Assembly (NCBI GenBank): GCA_963734695.1
Contig: CAVTIL010000022.1
Coordinates: forward strand, 1,150-65,149
Length of the DNA stretch: 64,000 bases
Source of the DNA: an uncultured Acidobacteriota bacterium
GTDB taxonomy: Bacteria > Acidobacteriota > Vicinamibacteria > Vicinamibacterales > 2-12-FULL-66-21
Direction of reading: 5' to 3'
A model generated the notes under the pieces. The model was not told the DNA's origin. It was given only the letters and a program-made list of their open reading frames with translations, and ran no database searches. Every line of letters begins with the position of its first letter. The first letter of the stretch is position 1. Of the stretch, positions 37,753 through 52,379 are shown piece after piece. Made by a program: the position numbers and the translations under genes.

Positions 37753-39444
37753 TTACGGTCGAAGCACCTGATGCACAAACGCGACGGCGATCGACCCTTC
37801 GCCGACGGCAGACGCCACTCGCTTGATGTTGCCGCCCCGCGCATCGCCGACCGCGAAGATGCCGGGTCGATTTGTCTCGAGCAGATACGGTGAACGAGTG
37901 TGCGGCCATTTCGCAGCCGCGAGCTCCTCGGACGAGAGGTCCGGGCCGGTCTTCACAAATCCCTTGTCATCGAGGGCGATACATCCATCGAGCCAGCGCG
38001 TGTTGGGGTCCGCCCCGGTCATCATGAACACGTGGCGGATGTTGTGCGTCTCGATGTCGCCGGTTCGCTCGTCGCGCCACCGGATCCGCTCGAGCCGTCC
38101 GTCCCCTTCCAAGCCAACAATCTCGGTACGGGTCCGCAGCACGATCGATGGCGTCTCTTCGATCCGGCGAATGAGATAGCGGGACATGGTGTCCGCCAAT
38201 CCATCTTTCCGGACCAGCACGTGGACGCGGCGTGTGGTCTGCGCGAGAAACACCGCGGCCTGTCCGGCCGAATTGCCGCCGCCGACGATCACGACCTCGT
38301 CACCGAGACAGAGCTGGGCTTCCATGGGCGTGGCGCCGTAGTAGACACCGGCGCCTTCGAACATCGACAGGTTCTCGAGCGCCGGTTTCCGGTACTCCGC
38401 TCCAGTCGCGATGATGACGGCCCGTGCGAGGACTTTCGGCCCTCCATCGATTTCCACGGTGTATCGCTGCCCGTCGCACGCCAACCGCGTCGCGCCTTTC
38501 GCGACCATCACCTGGGCACCAAACTTCAGTGCCTGCGCGTAGGCGCGGCCTGTCAGGTCTAGCCCAGAAATCCCTGTCGGGAATCCAAGATAGTTCTCAA
38601 TGCGGGAGCTGGACCCCGCCTGTCCGCCGGGCACGTTCGATTCGAGGACGAGCACACTGAGCCCTTCCGACGCGCCATACACCGCCGCGGCGAGTCCTGC
38701 CGGCCCCGCCCCGACGACGACGAGATCGTTTATGCGCGTTTGGTCGACGGTCTCATTGAAGCCGAGGCAGTCCGCGATCTGCGCGTTCGTCGGATTCCGT
38801 AACACCGTCTCGACCCCGCAGATCAGCACCGGCACGTCTGCGACGCTGACATGAAACCGGTCGAGCAGCTCCTGCGCGTCCGCATCCTGATCAAGATCGA
38901 CGAAGTGGAACGGATGCCCGTTCCGCGTCAGGAACTCCCTGATCCTGAGCGTTCCGGCGTTGTACGTGGATCCGATGACCACGACCCCGCCCACGTCGCG
39001 CGCGAGCAACTCGAGACGACGCAGAATGAAGGCGCGCATCAGGATCTCGCTCAGCTCCGCATCGGTCTGCACCAACGCAAGCAGTTGCTCGCGACTGAGT
39101 TCAATCACTTCGCCTGGTTCGCTGACGCGCAGCCTCGCCATCGACGGCCGACCCGAAATCAGGTTGGCTTCTCCCGTGAAGCTCCCGGGGCCATGGCTCA
39201 CAATGAGCGTCTCCGCCCCGTCGGAGACCTGCAGCGCCTGAATCTCGCCCGCGACCACGACAAAGCACGGCACGATCCGATCGCCGACGTCAACCAACAC
39301 TTCGCTGCGCGAGGTCGCTCGTCGTCGGCCATGCGAGGTGATCCGGGCCAGCTGCGCGGGTGTGAGCTTCGGAAACAAGCGCTCAGGACGCGAGACCGTC
39401 ACCGCAAAAGGCGTTTGAGTTGTCACGGGATCAGGCGTGTCCAT
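37753..39444 (-). CDS. cNMP-binding domain / thioredoxin-reductase-like FAD oxidoreductase
   Basis: N-terminal cNMP fold (GSFTGE); GAGPAG, IENYLGFPTG, GGGNSAGQ, KRVASAVGEG. Confidence 0.9.
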   Translation of the reverse strand: MDTPDPVTTQTPFAVTVSRPERLFPKLTPAQLARITSHGRRRATSRSEVLVDVGDRIVPCFVVVAGEIQALQVSDGAETLIVSHGPGSFTGEANLISGRPSMARLRVSEPGEVIELSREQLLALVQTDAELSEILMRAFILRRLELLARDVGGVVVIGSTYNAGTLRIREFLTRNGHPFHFVDLDQDADAQELLDRFHVSVADVPVLICGVETVLRNPTNAQIADCLGFNETVDQTRINDLVVVGAGPAGLAAAVYGASEGLSVLVLESNVPGGQAGSSSRIENYLGFPTGISGLDLTGRAYAQALKFGAQVMVAKGATRLACDGQRYTVEIDGGPKVLARAVIIATGAEYRKPALENLSMFEGAGVYYGATPMEAQLCLGDEVVIVGGGNSAGQAAVFLAQTTRRVHVLVRKDGLADTMSRYLIRRIEETPSIVLRTRTEIVGLEGDGRLERIRWRDERTGDIETHNIRHVFMMTGADPNTRWLDGCIALDDKGFVKTGPDLSSEELAAAKWPHTRSPYLLETNRPGIFAVGDARGGNIKRVASAVGEGSIAVAFVHQVLRP

Positions 39445-39672
39445 GGTTAACAGCGGGAAACAATCCTTTTAGTGTCGCAGTTGAATCTCGTGAGCTTGTT
39501 GATCGGTCAGTGGCGCGGCTCGCTTTAGAAGGCTTCGGCTTCGAGGGTGGACTTCGTCATGTGCGTGCCTCCAGTGCGGCGAGCAAACGCTATGCTCACC
39601 CCTTCAGACGCGTTTTCGCAACCGTGCGTTTCCGAAATACGCGACTTCGCCGGATTCGCATACGATTGATTC

Positions 39673-41669
<1,997 letters not shown>

Positions 41670-41702
41670 GCTTCACCGTCGCCGCCTGCAGTTCCGCCGA
41701 AA

Positions 41703-41797
41703 TGCTGACCGATCAGCAAATTCTGAACGATTCAGCACGCCACCTTCCTGTAAGTCATTGGCTGCACACAGATCGACGGCAGGGACTGCCCATTGCA
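41703..41797 (+). promoter_or_regulatory. Candidate UAS palindromes plus sigma54 promoter of the downstream operon
   Basis: TGCTGA-CCGA-TCAGCA and a second ..TTCAGCA site; GGACTGCCCATTGC (GG-N10-GC) at 41783-41796. Confidence 0.5.
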
Positions 41798-41827
41798 CGA
41801 CCGCCACGCGATTGCCTGGTCGCGCCC

Positions 41828-42089
41828 ATGACGCTGAGGATCGTCGCCGACGTCCGCGAAGACGGGACCACGATTCGTCTGATCGGCCGCATGCGGGCGG
41901 AACACGTCGAGCACGTGCGCGCGGAGATCGCCGCAGGTCGCGCTCCGGCGGCGCTGGACCTGGACGAAGTGACCCTCGCTGACGTCGATGCGGTTCGCTT
42001 CCTCGTCGCTGCCGAGCGGGAAGGCATTGTCTCTGCATCACTGTGCGCCGTTCATCCGCGAGTGGATGACCAGAGAGTCGGATCGATAA
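41828..42089 (+). CDS. Small STAS-like protein
   Basis: MTLRI..IRLIGRM..LDLDEVTLADVDAVRFL..FIREW. Confidence 0.65.
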
Positions 42090-42110
42090 CGTCAAGTACG
42101 GAGGAATCTC

Positions 42111-42818
42111 ATGCAGACCAAGCCAAGCATCGTGTTCGTCCACGGACTCTGGGCCGACGGGTCGTGCTTCAGCAAAGTGATCCCGCCGCTTCAGGCGGAG
42201 GGGTATGAGGTGATGGCCAGCCAGCACAGCCTCGACTCGGTCAAAGGTGACGTTGCCACGGTCAAGCGTACGCTCGGACGCGTCAGCAGTCCCGCCATCC
42301 TGGTCGGGCACTCGTACGGTGGGACGGTCATCACGGCGGCGGGAACAGACGACCGTGTGGCGGGGCTCGTCTACATCGCTGCGCTCGCACCCGACGAGAA
42401 CGAGACATCCCAAAGCCAGCAGAATCAGTTTCCCAGGACGGACGTCTTCTCTTACATCGAGGTCGCGGACGGTCGCGTCTGGCTGCGGCCGGACGGCATC
42501 GGCTGCTTCGCGGGAGACTTGTCCGAGCAGGAACAGAAGCTGGTCTGGGCGACGCAGATGGTGCCGGTGGCCGACCTCTTCGATCAGAAGGTTGAAGGGA
42601 CCGCGTGGAAGTCGAAGCCAAGCTGGTACATCGTGGCCGCGAAAGACCGCACGGTGAATCCCGAGTTGGAGCGGTTTGTCGCGAAGCGCATGGGCGCCGC
42701 CACAACCGAGCTGGACAGCAGCCACGTCCCGATGCTCTCCAACCCGACACTCGTGCTCGATGTGATCCGGAAGGCCGCGCATGCAGTTCAGCATTCCGCG
42801 GCCGCTCAGAGCGTGTAG
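42111..42818 (+). CDS. Alpha/beta hydrolase
   Basis: VHGLWADGS, GHSYGG, SSHVPML. Confidence 0.88.
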   Translation: MQTKPSIVFVHGLWADGSCFSKVIPPLQAEGYEVMASQHSLDSVKGDVATVKRTLGRVSSPAILVGHSYGGTVITAAGTDDRVAGLVYIAALAPDENETSQSQQNQFPRTDVFSYIEVADGRVWLRPDGIGCFAGDLSEQEQKLVWATQMVPVADLFDQKVEGTAWKSKPSWYIVAAKDRTVNPELERFVAKRMGAATTELDSSHVPMLSNPTLVLDVIRKAAHAVQHSAAAQSV

Positions 42819-42842
42819 CGAGGAGGCTGGACTGAGGTTTGC

Positions 42843-43276
42843 GATGCCGATGATTGATGTCTACGCGCCCAGCGATCTGCTTCCCATGGGATCCGACCGC
42901 CGGATCGGTGAGGCGCTGACGTTGGCGGTGCTGCGCGCCGAAGGCGTCAGTGCTCCTGGCACCGTTCCATCTAGAGAACACGGCGGCGTTCATTCATCGG
43001 ATGGATCCCGCGACGCTCCAATCCGCGGCTCACGCGGTCGCGCGTGCCATCCGCGTTCAAATCATCACGCCACCGGGTGCCCTCACGAGGAGCGGCCAGA
43101 AGCAGCTGGTGCAGGACGTGACGAAGATCTTGGCGGATATTTGCGGCGACTCGTCGCAGGCCGCACGCACGTGGGTGCTGCTCACCGAAGCGGCCGAAGG
43201 TGGCTGGGGCATCGCCGGCACGGCGTACGGTCGCGAGGAATTTGCCGCTCTGGCGGCCGCGGCCACAAAGAAGTGA
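42843..43276 (+). CDS. Tautomerase-family protein (frameshifted)
   Basis: N-terminal MPMID (catalytic Pro1), TPPGAL, EGGWGIAG. Confidence 0.75.
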
Positions 43277-43291
43277 GGGTGTGGCGACAAC

Positions 43292-43887
43292 ATGCCGGGT
43301 ATGCAGCCCAAACGGTGCTCCTGGGTAAATGTCGACGATACGCTGATGCGCGAGTATCACGATCGCGAATGGGGCGTGCCAACCCACGATGACCGACCCA
43401 TTTCGAATTCCTCGTTCTCGAAGCCGCGCAGGCAGGCCTGAGCTGGTCGATCGTGCTCAAGAAACGCGATGGCTACCGCCGCGCATTCAGCCAGTTCGAT
43501 CCGGCGAAAGTCGCGCGATATTCGGCGGCTCGGATTGACAAGCTGACCGCCGAGCCAGGGATCATCCGAAACCGGCTGAAGATCGCCGCTGCAGTGAAGA
43601 ATGCGCGAGCGTTTCTGGCCGTGCAGAAAGAATACGGAAGCTTCGACGCGTATTGCTGGCAATTCGTTGATGGCCGGCCGCGGCAGAATCGGTGGAATTC
43701 TCTGCGTCAGATTCCTGCAACGACCGCCGAATCGGACGCATTCAGCCGCGATCTCAAGCGCCGCGGTTTCAGCTTCGTTGGATCGACGGTCATCTACGCA
43801 CACATGCAAGCGGTCGGCATGGTCAACGATCACTTAATCGACTGTTATCGATATCGAGACGTGCGCCGGCTCGGGACGCCGACATAG
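43292..43887 (+). CDS. tag: DNA-3-methyladenine glycosylase I
   Basis: YHDREWGVP, QAGLSW, IIRNRLKI, FVGSTVIYAHMQAVGMVNDH..C. Confidence 0.92.
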
Positions 43888-43889
43888 AT

Positions 43890-44736
43890 ATGAGTACCGT
43901 GAGCAAGGACATTCTTCAAGAGCGGCAGCCGTTCGACGTCGCATGGCGGACCATCGACGGACTGAAGATCCGCTACGCGACGGACGGGAAGGGCGACGAA
44001 AAGGTTGTGCTCTTCAGTCCGTGGCCGGAGAGCATCTTTGCGTTCGCTCCCGGTGTGGCGCGGGCTGACGAAGCAGTTCGAGGTGCTGGCGATCGACCTT
44101 CCCGGCTTCGGGCGGTCGGAGGCGCGCGACGATCTGTTCGCGCCGCAGACGATGGGCGAGTTCATCGCGAAGGCGCTCGATGCGTTTGGGCTCACGTCGG
44201 TCCACGCCGTTGGACTTGACATCGGATCGCCGTCGGTCCTCTTTGCCGCACTCGCGCGCCCAGAGCTCTTTCGCAGCCTCATCGTGGGCGCCGGAGCCTC
44301 GACGTACCCACTCGTCGTAGAGGGCACCCTCAAGTCGATGATCGAAGCGGAGGCGTTACCGCCGCTGAACGCCGTCGATGTCGTCGGCGGGTTCCTGGGG
44401 TCTATTCGCGGGTACGCGGTGCCACGCTTCGTCCGCGACGACTATCTCGCGTCCTACGAGGGCGATCGGTTGACGCGGTCAGCGGCGCTCGTTCGCGCGT
44501 ACCCGAAAGACCTGGCGGCACTCGCACCGCATCTTGCGTCGATCGAGGTGCCCGTCGCGATCGTGGTCGGTCGGAACGACCCGTACGGCCTCGCTCGTGA
44601 CGCGGCGCTTCTGCGCGAACGACTGCCGCATGCACGCCTGGATGTTCTCGAGGCCGGTCACTGCGTCTGGGAGGAGCGAGCGCCCGAGTTCGAGTCGATC
44701 GTCACGCAATGGGTGAGTGGCGGCTTTCGAGGATAG
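43890..44736 (+). CDS. Alpha/beta hydrolase (frameshifted)
   Basis: SPWPES, DLPGFGRS, GLDIG, AGHCVWEE. Confidence 0.85.
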
Positions 44737-44754
44737 CTGCAGTTGGAGACGCCG

Positions 44755-45639
44755 ATGTCATCGACCGCGACCGCCAGCAATACGACCGCTCCCACGCAGA
44801 TCCTCCAGGTGAGTGGCCATTCCTACGCCTACCGGCGCTTCGGCAATGGCTCTGGGCTACCGTTGCTCTGCCTGCAGCACTTCACCGGGACGCTCGACAA
44901 CTGGGATCCGGCGGTGAGCTGATCCGCTCGCCTCCGGACGGGAGGTCATCCTCTTCGACAACGCGGGAATCGGGCGCTCGAGCGGCGACGTGCCTGAGAC
45001 GATGGCCGGAATGGCCGCGCACGTCATGGCCTTTCTCGACGGGCTCCGTCTCGACGGCGTGCGACGTCCTCGGTTTCTCCCTCGGCGGCATGATCGCCCA
45101 ACAAATGGCGAAGGACCGTCCTTCGATCTTTCGTCGGATGATCCTCGTCGGCACGGCTCCGCGCGGCGGCGAGGACATCATGCACCTCGAGAAACCGAGC
45201 CTCGCGAAGCACCTCCAGGATCCGCAGAATCGCGGCTATGCCGTTCTGCAAAAGATCTTCTTCGCGCCGACGACCACGAGCCAGGCCGCTGGCGAGGCAT
45301 TCATCGCGAGACTCATGCAGCGAAAGGACGACCGCGATCCGCCCTCCGGGCCGAACGTGGCCAAGGCGCAGATCAGCCGCGTTTCGCGAGTGGGAGCGCT
45401 TCACCGGCGAGCGCTTCGCCGACTTGAGAGGTCTACGTCATCCCACGCTGGTCGTGCAGGGCTTCCATGACGAGATGATTCCGGTGCGCAACTCGTACTG
45501 GTTGGCCGAGAACCTGCCGAACGCAGTCTTGCTCGTGTACCCGGACGCGGGGCACGGCTCTCTGTTCCAGTATCCGGAGTCCTTCACGAGACACGCGGCG
45601 GCGTTCCTGTCCTCCGACTCCGAGTCGGCCGTCTTTTGA
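44755..45639 (+). CDS. Alpha/beta hydrolase (frameshifted)
   Basis: QHFTGTLDNWDP, GFSLGG, YPDAGHGSLFQYP. Confidence 0.85.
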
Positions 45640-45671
45640 GCGCGAACTTCGTTTGTATCTTGGAGCCAAAG

Positions 45672-46061
45672 ATGGACAGAGTTGACGAAAGTGAAGGCAG
45701 CAAGGCGATCGCGCTCAAGGCAATCCGTGGCGTTTTCATTGAACGCGATGCGCGCGTCGTCCAGGAACTATTCGCGCCGGACTACATCCAGCACAATCCA
45801 ACCATCCCCAGTGGACGTGATGCCATCAGCGCTCTTGTGGGCTCACTTCCGGAAGGATTTCGATACGAGCCGGGAATGGTCGTGGCAGAAGGCAGCATCG
45901 TCATGATCCATGGGCGTTACGTAGGCTGGGCACCCGAGCCGATGGTAGCTGTGGACATCTTTCGCGTCGACAACGGCCGGCTCGTCGAACACTGGGATGT
46001 CATGCAGGCCGAGGTCCCGGCCCATGAAACCAAATCGAAGAATGCAATGTTCACGTCTTGA
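45672..46061 (+). CDS. SnoaL-like protein
   Basis: YIQHNP, VDIFRVDNGRLVEHWDV. Confidence 0.85.
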   Translation: MDRVDESEGSKAIALKAIRGVFIERDARVVQELFAPDYIQHNPTIPSGRDAISALVGSLPEGFRYEPGMVVAEGSIVMIHGRYVGWAPEPMVAVDIFRVDNGRLVEHWDVMQAEVPAHETKSKNAMFTS

Positions 46062-46072
46062 AGTTCTCGATC

Positions 46073-46921
46073 ATGGGGCCGATCGATGCCAGAGCCTCCG
46101 GTCAGTTCAAGATCGGAGACCACGATCAACCGTCTCGGCTACGGCGCGATGCGTCTCACCGGCCCGGGCATCTGGGTGCGCCTTCTGACCGTGGCGCAGC
46201 GCTTGCGACGCTGCGCAGGCTTCACGAGATCGGCGTCAACTTCATCGACACGGCCGACAGTTACGGTCCCGATGTTTCGGAGGAATTGATCCGCGAGGCG
46301 CTTCACCCCTATGAAGGGCTGCTGATCGCTACCAAGGCGGGCCTGACGCGTCGGGTCCGGACCAGTGGATCCCCAATGGACGCCCCGCGTATCTGATTGC
46401 ACAGGCCAAAGGCAGCCTCAGGAAGCTCGGCGTCGAGCAGATCGATCTCTGGCAGCTCCATCGAATCGATCCGCGCGTCCTCGCGACGAACAGTTCGGCG
46501 CCGTGCGCCGACTGCTGGACGACGGCATCATTCGCCATGCGGGGCTGAGCGAGGTCTCGGTGGCCGACATCGAAGCCGCTCGGGGGGTATTTCCGGTGGC
46601 GACGGTGCAGAACCGCTACAACCTCGTGGACCGCGGCAGCGAACCGGTGCTGGCGTATTGCGACGCCAACAACATCGGCTTCATTCCGTGGTTTCCACTC
46701 GCGGCCGGCGAGCTGACCCGACCGGTGGTCTTGTCGACCGCATCGCGAAGGCGCACGGCGCCACGGCGGGACAGGTAGCGCTCGCATGGCTGCTGCAGCG
46801 AAGCCCGGTCATCCTGCCGATCCCCGGTCGCGTACGCGTCGCCCATCTGGAACAAAACGTGGCCGCGTCGAGCCTGTCGCTGACACCTGAAGAAGTCGCG
46901 GAACTCGACGCCGCGGCCTGA
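46073..46921 (+). CDS. Aldo/keto reductase (frameshifted)
   Basis: [34 protein letters not shown]. Confidence 0.88.
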
Positions 46922-46949
46922 ATGCCAAACGTGATGTTGGAGGGAAATC

Positions 46950-47456
46950 GTGAGCATCATCGATCGCATCGGGATTCGGCGCGTCGCGGTTGAACGTACC
47001 ACGGTGATTTCAGAACAGTCATTTGAGACCGTTCTCGCAAGGCTCACGGCCGCCGTCGGCCATCCGGATATGGCGGCGTTTGCGCAAGACGTCGCGGTTG
47101 CCCGCGCTTCGGCCGATCTGGAACGGATCGTCAACGCGGCCATAGGTCCTGCCGGCCTGATGGAAATGGCACGTTTCGACATCGGAGATGTGCTAAGCAA
47201 GGACAGCAGCGCCCCGAAGAGCGTTCGCCTTGTCATCGGCAACCCTCTGATCATGAAGGAAATGGTCAAACATGTGCCGGATGCGGCGTCATATGCGCCG
47301 GTGACGGTGCTGATTGACGAGCGCGCCGATGGCGTGTGTCTCTCCTACGACCTGATGGCGAGCTTCCTCGCGCCCTACGAAAATGCGCAGGCCTCCGCCG
47401 TCGCGAACCAGCTCGATGAAAAGGTTCTCGCCCTGTTGACGGCGGCCGCGGAGTGA
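46950..47456 (+). CDS. DUF302 protein
   Basis: IGNPLIMKEM..YAPVTVLIDE..LSYD. Confidence 0.75.
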   Translation: MSIIDRIGIRRVAVERTTVISEQSFETVLARLTAAVGHPDMAAFAQDVAVARASADLERIVNAAIGPAGLMEMARFDIGDVLSKDSSAPKSVRLVIGNPLIMKEMVKHVPDAASYAPVTVLIDERADGVCLSYDLMASFLAPYENAQASAVANQLDEKVLALLTAAAE

Positions 47457-47497
47457 GCGTCGCGTGACGGATTCTGAGTCTTCTCGGTTGACGCTGT

Positions 47498-48400
47498 TCA
47501 GTTGGGCTGGATGTTCGCGGCTCCTACTTGAGCGACAAACTTCTGCAGCAAGGGCGACGAGTTGTCCTTCTTCCAGATCAGGTTGAATGCGAGTGCGGAC
47601 ATTCATGTCCACGACTGGAAGCAACACGACACCTCGCGGGCAGTGCCAACGTGTGGACTCGGTTGAGCCATGCGATTCCAATCTGGCACTGGACAAGGCC
47701 CAATTGTGTGTCGCGATCCGGTGCCTCCTGAACAATGCGCGGAGTTTTGAGGCCACCGCGAGCACAGGCCTGCATCATCTGATCATAGAAGTTCGGATTG
47801 ACCCACCGCTGAAACCAGATGAACGGGATGTCCTGCAGATCCCGTAACCGAATCCGTTTTCGCCTGGTGAGAGGATGCCCTTTGGGCACCGCGAGCACCA
47901 TCCTGTCCTCCGCGAATTGCGAATGCGCCAACTCCTTGTGCCACGGCGTCATGCTCGCAGCAAAGCCGGCATCCAGTCGGCCTGACAGCACGGCCTCAAT
48001 CTGATGAACAGAGAGCAGATGATGCACGACGAGCTCCACGTCTGGCTGACGACGGCGGAATTCGCGAAACGTGTCCGCAACCATCCCGTGCCACGATACA
48101 GCGGTCGCGATTCCGATTCGAAGCGTCCCCGCTTTGCCGAGGGCGACCCGCTCGGCGCGGCGCTTCGCGTCTTCGACGTCTTGCAGGATGCGTCGCGCGT
48201 CGTTCAAGAACAACGATCCAGCCGCACTCAATCGAACGCCGCGCGGTAATCGGTCGAGCAAGCGGAAAGCCAATCTCCCTCTCCAAATCCTGGATCTGCC
48301 GCGACAGTGGCGGCTGAGCGACGTGGAGGCGAGCCGCCGCCCGTCCGAAATGCTGCTCCTCGCCAACCGCGACGAAATAGCGCAGATGCCGTAGTTCCAT
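47498..48400 (-). CDS. LysR-family regulator (frameshifted)
   Basis: [36 protein letters not shown]; divergent from the ADH operon. Confidence 0.92.
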
Positions 48401-48478
48401 TCGATACCTTCCTGGTATTGGATGAATACGAACAAAATCTTGGACGTATCGGTCTGGATTATCACAGAGTCGCGCCAC

Positions 48479-49569
48479 ATGAAAGCGCTTGTCCTGAACG
48501 CACTCGGTCGCGGGTTCGATTTCGAGGACGTCGACATCGCCGCGCCGATACGGGCGCGAAGTTCTCGTCGACGTGCAAGCGTCCGGGCTGTGTCACACCG
48601 ACCTGCTCTTCGCCACGCACGACATCGTTCCGACGCCTGCGGTGCTCGGCCACGAGGTCGCGGGAATCGTGGCTGCAGTCGGTCCCGACGTCACGCAATT
48701 CCGTGTCGGAGATCACGTCGTCGGGTCGCTCGCGCAGTCGTGCGGCGGGTGCGCTCGATGTCTGTCTGGCCGCTCCTTCCAGTGCCAACATCCGGAGTCG
48801 ACGCTGCGCCGGCCCGCCGATGCCCCGCGTCTGAGCCGCAACGGGGTTGGCCTGTTCCAGGGGTTCGGGCTGGGCGGCTTCGCCGAACGGGCGCTCATCC
48901 ACGAGAACCAACTCGCGGTCGTGCCCGAAGGAGATGCCCTTCGCCCAGGCGGCGCTGCTCGGCTGCGGCGTTGTCACCGGCGCCGGCGCCGTCTTGAACA
49001 CCGCGAACGTGAGCGCCGGCGACACGGTCGTGATCTTCGGCGCCGGCGGCGTCGGGCTCAATGCCGTGAGCGGCGCGCGCATCGCCGGCGCGTCGAGGAT
49101 CGTGGTCATCGACATCCAGCCAAAGCGGCTCGAGGCGGCCCGAACGATTCGGCGCGACCGACGTCATCGATTCCACCAAGACGCAAGCCGGTCGAAGCCG
49201 TCCGCGATCTTCTGCCGGGAGGCGCCGATCACGTCTTCGACTTCGTCGGGCTGAAGGCGGTGGCCGAGCAGGGGCTCGCCATGCTCGGCGTCGGCGGTGG
49301 CCTCTATCTCGTCGGCGTGGCGAAGCCCGAGGTCGATATCGACCTGAACATCTTTGACGCGATCGGCGGCCAGAAGCGCGTCCAGGGCGTGAACTTCGGC
49401 TCGACCAACTTCAAGCGCGACATCCCGATGTACGCGCGAGCTGTACCTGCAGGGCCGGATGAACCTGGACGATCTGGTTTCGAAAAGGATCGCACTGCGT
49501 GACGTCAACGACGGTTACGCAGCGCTCAAGGACGGCTCGCTCAACCGCGTCGTCGTTACTTCGTTCTGA
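48479..49569 (+). CDS. Zn-dependent alcohol dehydrogenase (frameshifted)
   Basis: [30 protein letters not shown]. Confidence 0.9.
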
Positions 49570-49598
49570 CGGTACTTACGCAGATAAGGAGACGACCG

Positions 49599-51047
49599 AT
49601 GAACACAGTCGCAGAAAAGACACGATCAAGACGCATCACGCACGCACTACATCGATGGAGCGTTCGTGGAATCTCACGGCCGCGAGGTCATGGACATCAT
49701 CAGACCGACCGACGGTCAGGTCATCGCCCGCGTCACGCTGGGCGACGAGGAGGATACGCGGCGCGCGATCGCCGCGGCCAAGCGCGCATTCGCGACTTTC
49801 GGCCGGACGACGAAGGAAGAGCGCGCCGAAGATCTTGCGCCGGCTGCATGAGGCCGCCTCGGCGCGCATCGACGATCTGACGGCCGCGATGGTCGAGGAA
49901 TACGGCGGCGTCGTCCAGTTCGCCGGGCTCATCGTGCGAGTCCGGCGTCAACGCGTTTCCGGCCGCCGAAAAGGCACTCCAGGAACTGCCATTGACACGA
50001 GAGCTGGGACAAGACGACTGTCACCTTGGAGCCGGTCGGCGTCGCCGGTCTGATCACGGCGTGGAATGCGAACGCGCTGTTCATTTGCCTCAAGCTGGCC
50101 TCGGCCGTCGCCGCCGGTTGTACGGTCGTGATCAAGCCCAGCGAGTTGAGCTCGCTGCAGACGCGGTGTTGGTCGAGGCGCTGCACGAGGCCAACCTCCC
50201 GAAGGGCGTCTGGAACGTCGTCACCGGCCTCGGCAACGTCGTCGGCGCCGAGCTCGTACGCAATCCGGACGTCGCCAAGATCTCGTTCACCGGCTCGGTC
50301 GCCGTGGGCGAGAGCATCATGCGCGACGGCGCGGCGACGATGAAGCGCGTCACGCTCGAGCTGGGCGGAAAGTCACCCACCATCCTGCTCGATGACGCCG
50401 AGCTCGACACAGGCGATTCCGGCGGCGCTCATCATGGCCTTCATGAACAGCGGTCAAGCGTGCGCCGCCGGGACGCGGCTCCTCGTGCCGAAAAGCCGGC
50501 TTGACGCGGTCAAGCGGCGCATTCGGGACGCCATGCGCGCTTTCCCGTCGGCGATCCGGCCGATCCCAAGACCGCCGTCGGACCGATGGTGTCGCAGAAG
50601 CAGTACGAGCGCGTGCAATCCTACATTCGCAAGGGCATCGAGGAAGGCGCTGAGGTGCTGGTCGGCGGCGAGGGCCATCCGGAAGGATTCGAAGCGGGTT
50701 ACTTCGTGAAGCCCACGGTGTTCGTCAACGTGAAGAACGACATGACAATCGCGCAGGAAGAGATTTTCGGCCCCGTGCTTAGCGTCATCGCCTACGACTC
50801 CGAGGACGATGCGATCCGAATCGCCAACGACTCCAAGTATGGTCTCCACGCCGCCGTCCTCGGGACCGACCTCCAGCGCGCGCGTCGCGTGGCCTCTCAG
50901 ATACGGGCCGGCCGCGTCGTGATCAACGGCATGACAGACGATCCGCAGGCACCCTGGGGCGGATTCAAGTACTCCGGCGTTGGCCGCGAATATGGCCGGT
51001 ACGGGATCGAGGCGTTTCTCGAGACCCGGGCCATCCTGGAGTCCTAA
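49599..51047 (+). CDS. Aldehyde dehydrogenase (frameshifted)
   Basis: FTGS, LELGGKS, NSGQAC, EEIFGPV, GGFKYSG. Confidence 0.92.
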
Positions 51048-51061
51048 GGAGACTCCGTCAG

Positions 51062-51528
51062 ATGAGCCAACACGTCACGATCTCGCCCGAGCGAAGCCGC
51101 CGATCGCCTCGCGATCCGGGAACTTGTTGAGGCCTACGCGCACTGCGCCGATCGTCGCGATGCGAAAGGTCAGATGTCTCTCTTCACGGCGGACACCCAC
51201 TTCGTGGTGTACATGAACGCCAAAGATCCGACGCCCTCGCAGGAACTGCACTCGCGCGAGGCGCTCGCTCCGGTCTTCGCCGATCTGAACAAGTACGACG
51301 CCACCATGCACTTCGTCGGACAGAGCACGATCCTCACGTCTGACCGGCGACCGGGCCACCGGGGAAGCCTACTGCCTGGCGCATCACGTCACGGTCGACG
51401 GTGGAAAGCGACGCCTGATGATCGCCTCGCTCCGCTACCACGACACGTTCGTGAAGACGGACGGCGCGTGGCTGTTTGCGGAGCGCCTGCTCTACGTCGA
51501 CTGGATGGAGGAGCGCGCGTTGTCATGA
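51062..51528 (+). CDS. SnoaL_4-family protein
   Basis: DRLAIRELVEAYAHCADRRD, YCLAHH, LRYHD..W. Confidence 0.8.
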
Positions 51529-52213
51529 CGCTCGGCGGCGGGGAAGCGGCTTGTCATCGTCGGCGCGACCGGAATGGTCGGCGGATACGCCCTTCGCTAC
51601 GCGCTCGACCACCCCGCCGTCGGCCGTGTGACGGCGATCGGCCGCAAGCCGTCTGGCATCTCGCACCCCAAGCTGACAGAGGTTCTGCATCAGGACTTCG
51701 CGGACTGCTCCGCACTCGCGGAGGCACTCTCGGGTCAGGACGCAGCGATCTTTTGCCTGGGCACGTATACCGGCGCGGTGTCGGACGCGGAACTCCGCAA
51801 GATCACCGTGGACTATCACGATCGAGTTCGCGCGCGTTCTCCGCGGCAGCAGCCCCGACGCGGCTTTCTCGTTCTTGAGCGGAAGTGGCGCGGACCCGAC
51901 TGGACGAAGTCGGATGGCCTTCGCACGCTACAAGGGAGAGGCCGAGAAGGCACTGACTCGCAGCAGGATTTCCCGCCGTCTATATCTTCCGGCCCGCATA
52001 CATCTATCCCGTCGAGCCGCGGAGGAACCGAATTTCAGCTACCGGCTGTTGCGCGCGATCTACCCCGTGTTTCGGGTGCTGTTTCCGAACCAGGTGATTC
52101 GGGCCGACGACTTGGCCCGCACGATGGTCGACGCCGCCCTGCGCGACGTCGGAGCCAAACGACAGACGATCGTGCTCGAGAACCGAGACATCCGCGCGCT
52201 CGCCACGTCGTGA
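51525..52213 (+). CDS. NAD(P)H-binding Rossmann-fold protein
   Basis: VGATGMVG, FCLGT, YKGEAE, FRPAYI. Confidence 0.8.
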
Positions 52214-52289
52214 TCCGCAGGGCAACCTCTCTCGCAGTTGTGTTGCTGTTGATACAAGGATGCACAGCGAAGACCGTGCCGGCTTCCGA

Positions 52290-52367
52290 TGTACGCTGCG
52301 TCTCCCATTGCCGAGGCCTCGTCCAGCTGCCGGTCGCCGCCTGACCACGAATTCGAGACGGACAGGG
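52290..52367 (+). mobile_element. Terminal remnant of the same integrase-core element as 13800-14253
   Basis: ..CRGLVQLPVAA* then CCACGAATTCGAGACGGACAGG; similar to 14185-14253. Confidence 0.65.
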
Positions 52368-52379
52368 ATCCGCTTCGCG